Positions 52,801 through 64,000 of a stretch of DNA of 64,000 bases are shown one piece after another. The DNA is from Gnetum montanum (Eukaryota; Plantae; Gnetophyta), in contig MNCI01002362.1 of the NCBI GenBank assembly GCA_015680685.1, forward strand, positions 607,777 to 671,776, written 5' to 3'. The notes below the pieces were generated by a model, which was not told where the DNA came from, did not search any database, and saw only the letters and a program-made list of their open reading frames with translations. Position 1 is the stretch's first letter. Each line of letters begins with the position of its first letter. A program made the translations under genes and the position numbers.

Positions 52801-54126
52801 CAACTAAGGAGTTTGCAGGCCTCATAGCTGATTAATGGTTACGAAAAGTTAAGAACCAAACCTAGAGAATCTATTTAAGAATTTCAACACACCAAACTAA
52901 GACATTTGATGAAAACATGAACAACCATTAGTGAGGTGAGTTATGGAAGCATTAATGGATGATAAAGAGAGTGGAATGGAGTTCCCGATCTTGGTCACAT
53001 GAAGTCCCTTGTGGAATTTATGGTTAAATGACTCGATAGAGTCCATACTTAGTCTAGACCAAAACCAACCATGTTGAGTGACTTCACATCACCACTCTAA
53101 GACCAATCCACCTCCTTGAGATACAAAAATTCTCCCACAAATCAAACACCATTCCTTTTAAAGAACAAAAGAGAAGCAAGAAGTGAGAAAGGGCCTTAGT
53201 TAGAGGGGACATTTAGGCATGGGTAACATATCTTTCTAGTCCCATAACTAGTGCTTGTAGCCCATTTGTTGTGTCTAAGGGATGTGCTTTGAATTCCCAT
53301 CATTTATAAATATATTCTTTTATATTTTTTTATAGATTTTTGGATGGAAACCACACCATGAAAAGACTTATTCAACTTCCTATTATTGGTCGACATGGAA
53401 CACTAAGAGATCAATGAAAAACACACTTGCACTCAAGATGGTAAAAGGTACATAAAGCTTTCAAACCTTTGAATCCTTTTCAAGTCTAGAAACTATGAAG
53501 GTCACAAGTTTGTTAAGGTTTTATTAATGAAAAGGGACCTCATGTTTTCAAAATAAGGAAAACCATAGGGTTTGTGGATGGGTGGATGACGTGGACTCAC
53601 TACCTATTCCATGAAAAAGAAAATTTTCTTAGTTATCAATCGTCAAAATTCAAAAATAGAAACCAAACATTAGCAATCAAAAAATGTTAAGTACAAACCA
53701 CCATTAGCAAATAGTTGCAACACGACTGTGTCATGTTAGCAATAAAGCAATTTTATTAGAAAACAAGGAAAATTCACATCAAAAATAGAGGAAAATAGAA
53801 AACAAATTGTAAAATATTCAAGAAAAATAAAACATATTAATGATGTTGTAAAACAAAAATTTGAAAAAAGAACAAAGCATAAAATAGAAAAGGTATAAAA
53901 ATAAAAAAAAGTGTAAAACAAAAAATTAGGAAAAACTGAGGAGCCACTTTAAATGATTAGTGCAGATGGCCATCTCACCCACAACTGATTTAAAAGGAGG
54001 AGATATGAAATATTGAGCGAGGTCATTCATCCGTTGAGGCATTGCTTCCATTTCCTTACTTGGGCTCATGGAAAGGTTTAACTTATTATGTGTTAACCAG
54101 CTACATTTTGTTCGATCTTTCAAGTT

Positions 54127-55419
54127 TGTAGATCAGCATTGTAACGACGGAAAACGTTAGTCGTTGGAAATAACGAGCAGAAGTTCGTGTACACAGTTCT
54201 AACCCCAGATCCGTGTGAGGGCTGTGCTGGAGAAGACAAATCCAAGGTGCCCTGAACGGTCTTGTCGATCAGATAGGGCCTTAATCAGTAAAATTTTTGT
54301 AATAATTGGATGGAAAAATGGCAATTTTTATTAGGAGATATAATATCGTTAATCTTGAAGGTAATTGAATACAATGTAAATGATTTAAAGCAATTGAAAA
54401 ATTCGTATAGATAGGACACAGGAGATCAGATTTAGAGGGCGTGCAATCCTAGATCTGGGATTTAACTTGTGAACAAAATATGTTGGATACAATGATTACA
54501 GGCGGACTTCGATTTATACGAAGCACATGCCAACAACAAGAAAGCTATTTAAAGATAAAACAAGCAAAGGTCAATCTACCTTGTTCTAGCCAATCTGGGC
54601 GCAAGGAAGTCAGACCTGAAGCAGAATACCCGTTAATCGGCTATTTCTGATCAAGGATTCTTGCCAATCACCTCCAATGTTCTTACGATCGTTGATCTTC
54701 TTTTTCTCTCTTGTCAATCTTTTTCGAAGGTTGTCAATGATTGCCAATGAAAGGAAATCACTCATGGAGAAAATTTGTCAATCCCGGGAAAATTTTTGCC
54801 AACCCTTTGATCTTTGTCAACTAGAATATTTATAAGGTTAGGGTCAGGAGAAAAACACAATTTAGATGACGCGTGTCTTGAACCTACGAGATGTTGTTGA
54901 CTTGGTGTGTTTATGCTTGAAGCTTGCGGTGCAACGCTACATTACGCTCTGAAGCGTAATGCGTCGTAAACCACTTTTGCTAAAGTTCTGGCAACAAACT
55001 GTTCTTTGTTTATGCTGCAATACACTAGAGAGCGTATTGCGATGTATAAACTATTAGTGCCTAAATTGTGCTTTCTTTGTCATTGCTTGTATTACGCTGC
55101 ATCATGCTAGATTACGCTGCATAGCGTAATTCAGCGTAAAATAGCAAACCTGCAAAAAATTGAAGTGTTGTCGTTGTGCTTCCTTTGTTTCTGATCAAAA
55201 GTTAAGATTCTCTGAAACATAGAAGACTTGCAAGGTTGAAGGCTTGCCGTCATGCACCCTTTGTCTTGTTTTGTCCTCTAGAGCCTATTACGCCACGCTG
55301 CATAGCACGGCAGAACAAATCTTTAGTCGGAAAGGGAACTTGCTGAGCCATGACTTGTCGCAAATCCTTGCCTGAGTTGCAACATTTTGTTGAACCGTTG
55401 AAGCCTCAAAATTTTCACA
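54127..55419 (-). mobile_element. Solo LTR-like insertion in the integrase tail of E
   Basis: TGTAGA..TTCACA termini; host frame reads FGSMLET before the insert and LERSNKM.LVN...VKPF after it; minus TATA ~54830; flanks AAGTT/GTGTT give only an imperfect TSD. Confidence 0.65.
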
Positions 55420-56934
55420 GTGTTTCAAGCATGGATCCAAAAGAAAAGGTTTCATAAATGATATACAGTCCTTCCCACAATTTTTGGAACTTAGTTTGTT
55501 GAGGTACATGTGTGGGGTTCCAATAGAGGACCTTGTCTTCAGGTTGAAATTTCACTTTCCTTATCCTAAGGTCATGGCTCTTTTTGTTGAATGCCTTATG
55601 CACTTCATTTAAGGATAGGGCTACCAATTGATTTTCATCTAGGACATTTAGGTTTATTAATCTTTCTTTTTGTGCTAGGCTACAATCAAGGTCCAAGTCA
55701 CAGGTTGTTGAAAGTATACAAAGCTTGGATTGGATAGGTAGAGTTAGTAATTTTTCATACACCAGCTCATAGGGAGAGTAGCCTATAGGAAGTTTCCATG
55801 TTGAGTGGTATGCCCAGAAGGCATCATTTAGTTTTGTGCTCTAGTCTCTCTTATATTTACTAAGAGTTCTCATCAAGATCTTCATGATCTTCCTATTAGT
55901 AACTTCTACTTCACCGTTGGCTTGGGGGTGTTAGGGTATTGTTAGTTTATGTTCAACCCTCAAGCGTTACATAAGCTTGTGAAAGGTAGTGCCTATAAAA
56001 TGGGTTTTGTTGTCAAAAATTAGTGCATGTGGCATCCCAAACCTATTTACAACATTTTTTTGTACAAACCATGCAACATTAGATGATGTACAGTTGATGA
56101 TGACTGTTGCTTCTACCCATTTCATGTAGTAATTAACAACTATGATTATGTATGCCTTTTCATTTGACATGGGCATGATGGAACCCATGAAGTTGATGCC
56201 CCAAATGTTGAAGGATTCCAATGGTTGAATCCACTATTGAGGTCCCTTCATTTGAGTGGTCATCCCATCATCTTGTTAACAATGTTCACAAGAGAGGACA
56301 AATTCATGGACATCCTTGAAGATGGTTGGCCAATAATACCCTACCATCAGGATCTTAATGGTCATGTGTCTTCCATCATAGTGGCCCCCACAAGTACCCT
56401 CATGAGCATCTTGGAGAACACGTAGTTGATTAGCATCAAGTACACACTAATGAACTAGGCCATCAGCACATACCTTGTAAAGGTGTTCATTGATTTCCAT
56501 GAAGTGTTTGGCCTGATGAAGAAACTATCGTTTCTTCTTGTAGTTAAAATCTAGTAGCATCTCTTAAGTGAGAAGATAAGTGAGGATGCCATCATACCAT
56601 TTTGGTTCATTAGGCACTTGTTCATTTATTGCACCTATAAAGAGGAGTTTATTAGGAAATTGGTCAAAGAGTAGGCTCTCATCCTCTTTATTACCTCATC
56701 GTAACCAAGACAACTGATCAGCAATCACATTCTTAGTCTCCTTTTGGACTACCATTATAAAATTGAACTCTTGCAAGATCACCAACCACTATATGTTACA
56801 GGGACTCACCATTGGCTTATTCATGAGGAATTGAATGGCACTATGGTCAATGTGCACAAACACTTTGTATCCAAGCACATAGTATTTGAACTTCTCTAGA
56901 GTGTACACCACCACCTTTAATTTTTTTCTCCATT
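55420..56934 (-). pseudogene. RNase H C-terminus and integrase of element E
   Basis: VVVYTLEKFKYYVLG..DHSAI; FNIWGINFMG..YIIIVVNYYMKWVEA..RFGMPHALIFDNKTHF; KLWEGLY (GPY/F-like). Confidence 0.85.
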
Positions 56935-56939
56935 CTAAT

Positions 56940-57846
56940 TGATGAGTGGTGAGGTACCCCTACACTCAACCATACAAATACGAGCGTTCACACACGATCC
57001 AGTCGAAGTCTATGGACAGGCTAGTTGTGGTATCTAGATAGTTACATGTTGATCGCAGTTCGTTGTCTTCCCACCTGTACTAGTACTTGCTTTGTCACGT
57101 ATGGTTTAGTCCAGAGTGAGGCGTATGATGTAATCCTAAACTAGTGTTACTCCTAGAGACAATGGAACATAATCTTGATTAAACTAATAAGCAATAGGAA
57201 ATGAGTCTAATTTAGCCTAAGTTGATGAGCATCCATTCCTTAATCATCTGTATATATCTTGGACCTCGTGCATGACTACTACTAGGATTACCAAGTGTAG
57301 ATCCTAGGTACGCTATTGGGTTACCAAGTAGTCACACTTAAATGCTCGTGATTAAGTTGTACTCATTCCACATTTNATAATAATTAAATAATTAAAACTA
57401 AGTGAATGCTACAATGATGAAGTAATCTCGATCTTTATTTTCGGTCATGTGCGTGTCCAAGTACGTCACACTCGAATAAAGGTGTCATACAATTACAAGC
57501 ATCACACTACGGGCATGCACTTGGGAAGATAGTCTAACGCCTATGGAAACAAATTGCAAGAGCTTCCCTACAATTAACCCAAAAGATGCCTAAGTGCAGC
57601 TGGTGCACGCTTATTTATAGCTAAAAATATACTTTGCGTAAATAGGGCTGTGTCGACGCATGGGTGGATGCGTCGACGGGGCCACATCAACGCGACCGTG
57701 TATATGGGGCCTAGTTAACACAGCCCCCATATCAGGGGTTCAATAATAGGGGTCCGATATCCAGACTCATCAGATAATAGGGCTTCGATAATAGGGGTCC
57801 GATAACAGGGCTCCGATATCAGCACTTGACAAACCATGATTCATCA
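56940..57846 (-). repeat. 3' LTR of element F
   Basis: Colinear with 61956-62921; TG..CA termini. Confidence 0.95.
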
Positions 57847-60032
57847 TACCCCCACGACTGAATAACAACTTGTGCTCGAGTTAAAAAAAGTGAGGAACAA
57901 GCTCAATTAATTACACAGTGGATAAGTATGGGATTATTAACTGACTAGAAATTTATTCATGCCATAGTGGATATGAAAAAATTGGGACACAGACACAAGA
58001 TTACAAAATTTATTGGAACTCATGGGATTTCCAGTAGTAGTGGCTCCTCCATGGATGCCTTTCCTTTGTTTTGTGTGCTAGGCTTCTGAGATTGATACCA
58101 TTGAAGAAGTGCCTGACATTTCTTTTCTTCTATCCACTAATTATGAGCTTTCCATACTGATGTTCCAATGTTTGATGGAGTCAGCACTTTCCATGGACAC
58201 GGGAGCTGTGGGAACACTTGATTAGCCTTGACATGCCATGCTGCAAATAGACGTCGTTCCTCNCGGGAACACTTGATTAGCCTTGACATGCCATGCTGCA
58301 AATAGACGTCGTTCCTCTTCATAGGCTCAGGCCTTGACCCCTCCTCCATTTGCTTGAATAGATTATGTAGTAACAAGAGTTCCATGATGGATGTTGAATT
58401 TTGTGCCTTCTACTCTGCATGTTCTGCATGAGGTCCTTGGCCTCTGCCTCCCCCAGGTTGTTCGGTTGCACCTTGAGAAGGTCCTCCTTGTTGTCTTCTT
58501 TTAGGGGCCATCTATAATCACACAAAGATCAATTGTTAGTAAGGTTATTGAAAAAAGGTTCAATGATTTCATACCTTACTCATTGCCTTTAATAAATGTT
58601 GAATTCTTTGCTTAGTGTGATTTTAGAGTTAGAAATTTTTTCGAGGAAGTGGCCCTAAAAGTTTAATGTCAGACCTAGTTTGTTTAGGTGATACATAAAA
58701 GGACCTAGTTTTGAGGAACGTTTGATAAAATGATGACAAAGGAAAGAATAGATTTGAAAATGAAATACTCGAAGGGTATAAGATGATGTGGTGGTGTGCA
58801 ACAAGTACAAATTACAAAAGTCATGCAAGTGGGTCCTCCCCAAAGCAGGTTCCAACCTATAGTGCCCTTGTGTAACCACACCTTAAAATGTCCATAGGCA
58901 TTAGAAGGGTTAAATGTAATCTATGCCAATGCAACAAAACACACACATGTTAATACCACCATGATGAGATATGAATTCCATGCTATACAAGACACGAGTG
59001 CCAATTACATGAACAATAAGATGAGACGAATTGTAGAAGGGATTGCAGAGATTGGGACATGAGGCAATTGACTCAAGGCACAATGAATTCTCAATGTAAG
59101 GCATGATTAATGTGTCATTAACCTATCGCTTAAAAATCAGAACCAAGTCTATTCCTCTTATCAGTGACATCGCATTGTTTTTTAACCAATGATAGACAAC
59201 AATAAGAGCACCATGACAACAAGGTGTACAATCATTTGGCATTTTGTTTAAGGGAGGAGTGATTTGGAATTGCTTTGTAGCACTTTGATCTTGATCTTTT
59301 CTTTTTCTTCTTCTCTTTTTTTTTGTGTGGCTGCTTTGGCACACTCTTCTTGCTCTTTTTTTGAATGTTTAATCTAGAGAAGCCGCCTACCTTCAGGCAT
59401 GGGTGCATGTCTTTCTAGTGGGACCCCCTAGAATAACATTGAGTTTCCTTGATTGAGTGCCCTTTTGATTACTCTTACTTTTATTTTTCATTAGATCTAC
59501 AAGGATCTTAGTACAACCAAGCTGCACGATAGCACCTATAGATGTTACCAAAGAGAATCCACAAGTTCCCTTGATGTCACACCCTGGTCATTCCCTCTTA
59601 GTCCATCATTTTTCACTATGGGCATAATGAGCACAAAATTACTTTTAAGTTTCATGATGACAACAATATCATCGTACACAGAGTAGAACCTCTTATTAAT
59701 AGAATGGTTGGGTGGATGTGGTGGCTTCGCTGTCCAAATAATTAATCACCTGAGACTTGATAGCATAAGACAACACCTCAACCAATGAGCCACATCAGTG
59801 TTTTATTTGTAGATGAGATTACTCATAAAAAGATAAAAAGACAAAAAGATAAAACAATAAATTAAAAGGTGAAAATTTGGAAAACAAAAAGTTAAAAAAT
59901 TAAAGAAACAACAAAACATTTATTAGTTTTGTGTTGTTAGAATGGAGGGTGCCCCCCATAACTAAATGGTTGAGCATGGCTAGAATTAATATATGGAAGG
60001 TGGGGATCCTTGCATGTTCAAAATATTGGGAC

Positions 60033-61819
60033 CTAGTCATACTTACCCCATTGGGGTTCACACACTTGATTAGAGTTGACATAGTGGGGCAAGTTATAAG
60101 ATGTGGTTAATTTATAAGGAGTTGACCCACTATGGTACTTGTGACTGTAAGATGGTATGCAAGGATCAACATGTCTCCCCATGTGGCAATATTCATTGGG
60201 CCCCATGGTTGTTGGAGGATTGAGTGGTGGCCTTGATAAGGTAACATGAGGCATCGGGTTCGAAGAGGAAGATGCACCACAGTGTTGGAATTGTGCTGAG
60301 TTGGCGGATGTAGTGGTTTTTGAACTGTGGTGTCCCTTTCGACAGTCACGTCTAAATAAGGGATGCCTTTGATGTTGTGAAGGACCTCCACTACTATTGA
60401 CAGTGGCAGCACAAGTAACGTTTGCGGTTTGGTGCTGTGGTGCAAAAATCTTCTGGCATAGCTCGTGGTGATGTAGAAGGGGGCGACGTATGAGAATATT
60501 GAGGTTGAGGAGAGGTGTAAGGCACATGGGGTGGTGATCTTGTTGGAGAGGACATGGGCGGATAATACTCAGAAGAATGATAATGATGAGGTGAGGTAGA
60601 GGATGCTGATCCTATTGGAGAAATAGGGTGTTGAACATAATAAGCATTTGGTGTTGGGACATATGAAGGGTATGGTCTAGTTGGCTGTGGCCTCCCCCAC
60701 GACTGAGGTTTCTGCCACTATGGTTGAACCTAATATTTCTATACGAAATCTAGATGCAACATTCCTTTCCAATGCTCATGTAAATGTGACAAAACTGGAC
60801 ATTGGCCTTTGGGGTGATCATATAGACAGACATTACATTGATATGTGAAATTGGCAGTTGAGTTCTTATTCTTATTATCTTCTACCNNNNNNNNNNNNNN
60901 NNNNNNNNNNNNNNNNNNNNNNNNNNNNNNNNNNNNNNNNNNNNNNNNNNNNNNNNNNNNNNNNNNNNNNNNNNNNNNNNNNNNNNNNNNNNNNNNNNNN
61001 NNNNNNNNNNNNNNNNNNNNNNNNNNNNNNNNNNNNNNNNNNNNNNNNNNNNNNNNNNNNNNNNNNNNNNNNNNNNNNNNNNNNNNNNNNNNNNNNNNNN
61101 NNNNNNNNNNNNNNNNNNNNNNNNNNNNNNNNNNNNNNNNNNNNNNNNNNNNNNNNNNNNNNNNNNNNNNNNNNNNNNNNNNNNNNNNNNNNNNNNNNNN
61201 NNNNNNNNNNNNNNNNNNNNNNNTATCTTTCTAAGGCCATGCCCAAGCGTTCATGTTTTGCTTGTTTCCACTCTTGGATTTGTTTCCTCAAGGCTGACAC
61301 TCTTGTGTAGATTTGATATCTCTCGTTAAAGAGTTCTACCATTGTTGGCCAACGTCGTATTGAATTTGGTTTTAACGATCTATACCATACTTTTGCTTAG
61401 CCGACGAGTGTCATAGGAAAGAGCTTAAATTTTTTCCAACCATTATCAATGTTGTTCCATGTACAAGCATCGTAGAAGGCTTGTAAATGTTGTTGCGGAT
61501 CTAAATCATAGCCTCCTAAAAACTTAGGAAAGTTTTTTAAGTCAAGCCTAGGTAGACAACTTTCCTTACTATGCTTGCAGGGTATTTGAATAGCCTCTTG
61601 TATTTCCGTTAAGCTTGTAGTGGCCAGTAGGGGTTCATCGTCACTAGGTATGTTATGCAGTTGTGAGTTGGGATGATGTTATTTGCGTTGATGCTCATAG
61701 GAGACCCCTACATCAAATTGGGTACTCCAAACTTCATCTTCATTATCATATAATTTGTTGGTTCTCCAATGAGTTGCCCTACTAGTTGTTGCGTTGTCAT
61801 GCTCTTGTGAGAGAGACAT
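60033..61819 (-). pseudogene. gag of element F
   Basis: FPKFLG..DPQQHL..FKLFPMTLVG*AKVWYRSLKPNSIRRWPTMVELF (retrotransposon gag core); knuckle CHICLYDHPKGQC ~60800-60850; Pro/His-rich tail. Confidence 0.8.
60887..61223. other. Assembly gap (337 N)
   Basis: Run of n. Confidence 1.
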
Positions 61820-61935
61820 TGTTGTGAACCGTGTGTGACTTAATTGAATTGAATTTAATTTTTTTCTAAAGGATATATCATTAATACTTATTATAGCGAT
61901 CTTGTATGATATAACTAATCTAAATAACTAGCACC

Positions 61936-61955
61936 ATCCTCGGCAACGGTGCCAA
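61936..61955 (-). promoter_or_regulatory. Primer-binding site, Athila type (tRNA-Asp-like)
   Basis: TTGGCACCGTTGCCGAGGAT immediately after the 5' LTR; Athila consensus is TGGCGCCGTTGCCGGGGA. Confidence 0.9.
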
Positions 61956-62921
61956 TGATGAGTGGCAAGGTACCCCTACACTCAACCATACAAATACTAG
62001 CGTTCATGCATGATCTGGTTGAACTTCGTGGACAAGCTAGTTGTGGTATTTAGATAGTTACACGTTGATCGTAGTTCACTATCTTCCCACTTGGACTAAT
62101 ATTTGCTTTGTCACATATGGTTTAGTCTAAAGTGAGGCGTATTATGTGATCCTAAACTAGTGTTACTCCTAGAGACAATGGAACATAATCTTGATTAAAC
62201 TAATAAGTAATAGGAACTGAGTCTAAGCTAGCCTAAGTGTGATGAGCATTCATTCCTTAATCATCCGTACACATCTTGGACCTCGTGCATGACTACTACT
62301 GGGATTACCAAGTGTAGATCCTAGGTACACTACTAGGTTACCAAGTAGTCACACTTAAATGCTCATGATTAAGTCGTACTCATTCTGCATTTAGCAACAG
62401 GAATAGTAAATGATGATAAATAAATATTAACTAAGAAAACAATAAATAATGATAATAATTAAATAATTAAAACTAAGTGAATGCTACAATGATGAAGTAA
62501 TCTCGATCTTTATTTTAAGTCATGTGTGTGTCCAAGTACGTCACACTCGAATAAAGGTGCCATACAATTACAAGCATCACACTACGGGCTTGCACTTGGG
62601 AAAATAGTCTAACTCATATAGAAACAAACTACAAGAGCTTCCCTACAATTAACCCACAAGATGCCTAAGTGCAGCGGGTGCGCGCTTACTTATAGCTAAA
62701 AATAGACTTTGTGTAAACGGGGCCATGTCAACGCATGGGTGGATGCGTCAACAGGGTCGCATCAATGCGACCGCGTATACAGGGCCTCATATACACGACC
62801 TAGTTAATGCAACCCCCATATCAGGGGTCCGATATCAAGACTCATCAAATAACAAGGCTCCGATAACATGGGTCCGATAACAAGGCTCTGATATCAGCAC
62901 CTAACAAACCATGATTCATCA
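61956..62921 (-). repeat. 5' LTR of element F
   Basis: Colinear with 56940-57846; followed by the PBS. Confidence 0.95.
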
Positions 62922-62926
62922 CTAAT

Positions 62927-64000
62927 GTAATTCAGCTATGTATCCACAATGCTTTGACTTATGTAGTGGATGTCATCCAACTGCATAAGCATGGCTCCCA
63001 AGGCATAATTTAATGCGTCTATCACTATATGAAATGGTATGGACCAGTCAGGTGCTTGTAGAATTGGAGTCTCTACAAACTTATACTTGAGGCACTAGAA
63101 TGCATTTTTGCATTTCTTAGTTTAGATGAATGGTGCATATTTCTTTGTAAGATCAACCAACAATTTTGCAATCTTAGAGAAATTCTCTATAAAATGCCAA
63201 TAGCTAGTGTGTCCAATGCATGATTAGACATCTTTAATGGTTTTTTGTTGGCTAGTTATTCCTTTGATGAACCTTATCTTTTCAAGGTCCACCTCAATTC
63301 TTGCTTAAGAAATTTTATGCCCCAGTACAATGCACTCCTAAACCATTAGATGGCTCTTCTGCTAATTGAGATAAAGATTCATCTATACACACCTTTTAAG
63401 AACTTGCTTAAGGTGGTCCAAGGCTTGCTCAAATGTGGCATCATAGGTGAAGAAGTCATCCATGAAGACTTTCACCCTGCTACCAATATGTTGCTGAAAA
63501 ATGCTCAAGACCAAGTGTTGGAATGTCGAAGGAGCATTGCATAAACCAAAAGGCATCTTTTGATATGCAAAAGTTCCTCAAGGACTCATGAATGTTGTTT
63601 TGGCTTGATCCTTTGGCATGATCTAGATTTGGTTATAGCCACTATAACCATCCAAAAAGTTGTAATAGTAATGCCCAAATACAGTGTCCAACACTTGATC
63701 CACAAATGGCAATGGAAAGTGATTTTTGAATGTTTCCATACTCAATAGTTGGAAGTCAATGTAGACTTTCCACTTGCCACCTTTCTTTGGCACAATCATG
63801 ACTAGGCTAATCCACTCACTATCCACAATGGGATAGATAAACCCTACCTTGAGGAGTTGCTCAATTTCCTCTTTGATGATCTACTTCAATTTAGGTTTCA
63901 ACCATTACTACAGTTGCCTTTTTAGCTTCATGGCTAGATCAGTGTAGATACAATGCTAGCATATCCTAGGATCAATCCCTATGAGTTTAGGTTATGACCA
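62927..64000 (-). pseudogene. Reverse transcriptase and RNase H N-terminus of element E
   Basis: DSEWISLVMIVPKKGGKWKVYIDF..HFPLPFVDQVLD..FLDGYSGYNQI; MPFG; FMDDF catalytic motif ~63450-63470. Confidence 0.9.

Larger units (their letters stand above)
56940..62921 (-). mobile_element. Structurally complete non-autonomous Athila-like element F (gag plus deleted accessory ORF; no AP/RT/RH/INT)
   Basis: LTRs 56940-57846 and 61956-62921; TSD CTAAT at 56935-56939 and 62922-62926; PBS 61936-61955; PPT 57847-57859. Confidence 0.95.
50080..64000 (-). mobile_element. Athila-like element E with pol (RT-RH-INT), spacer, accessory-ORF remnant and 3' LTR 50080-51017; continues past the window; hosts two nested insertions
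   Basis: LTR TGATGA..TCATCA plus PPT at 51018-51030; PFPCLIRKLCKRARI remnant ~51100-51160; INT tail 54050-54126; INT/RH 55420-56934; RH/RT 62927-64000. Confidence 0.85.

Noticed and set aside
56505-56530. CTGATGA..GAAAC hammerhead-like core
   Set aside because: No room for stem II, no flanking helices, and it is antisense within pol; no retrozyme evidence in the window.
58209-58317. Perfect ~54-bp direct repeat around a single n
   Set aside because: Same overlap artefact; ORF 58137-58385 is partly artificial. The n at 57376 likewise explains most of the length difference between F's LTRs.

Overview
Land-plant nuclear DNA from a draft short-read scaffold, with two N gaps and three single-n joins. 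The old, heavily deaminated repeat landscape suggests a large-genome plant (inference). One intact host gene is present: a group-B fasciclin-like arabinogalactan protein (FLA15-18 clade, minus strand, ATG 45515) in a CpG-rich island. Almost everything else is nested, decayed retroelements. The main family is Athila-like Ty3/gypsy, with ~0.9-kb TGATG..CATCA LTRs, a TGGCACCGTTGCC PBS and a GTGGGGGTA PPT. It occurs as one pol-bearing element (E, 50080 to beyond the window), three pol-less derivatives (C 17943-29673, D 30540-36095, F 56940-62921 nested in the RNase H of E with TSD CTAAT), a 3' remnant (A) and several solo or partial LTRs. Also present are a CRM-like chromovirus, Copia remnants, an RTE LINE remnant, SINE-like remnants and solo LTRs of other families. 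The most interesting signals lie inside the Athila-like family: an internal copy of each subfamily's own U3 motif plus TATA upstream of a long coiled-coil accessory (env-position) ORF, conserved non-coding hairpins in the spacer, and a recurring gag(+AP)+accessory-ORF architecture without RT/RH/INT. All comparisons were made by eye; no database search was run.
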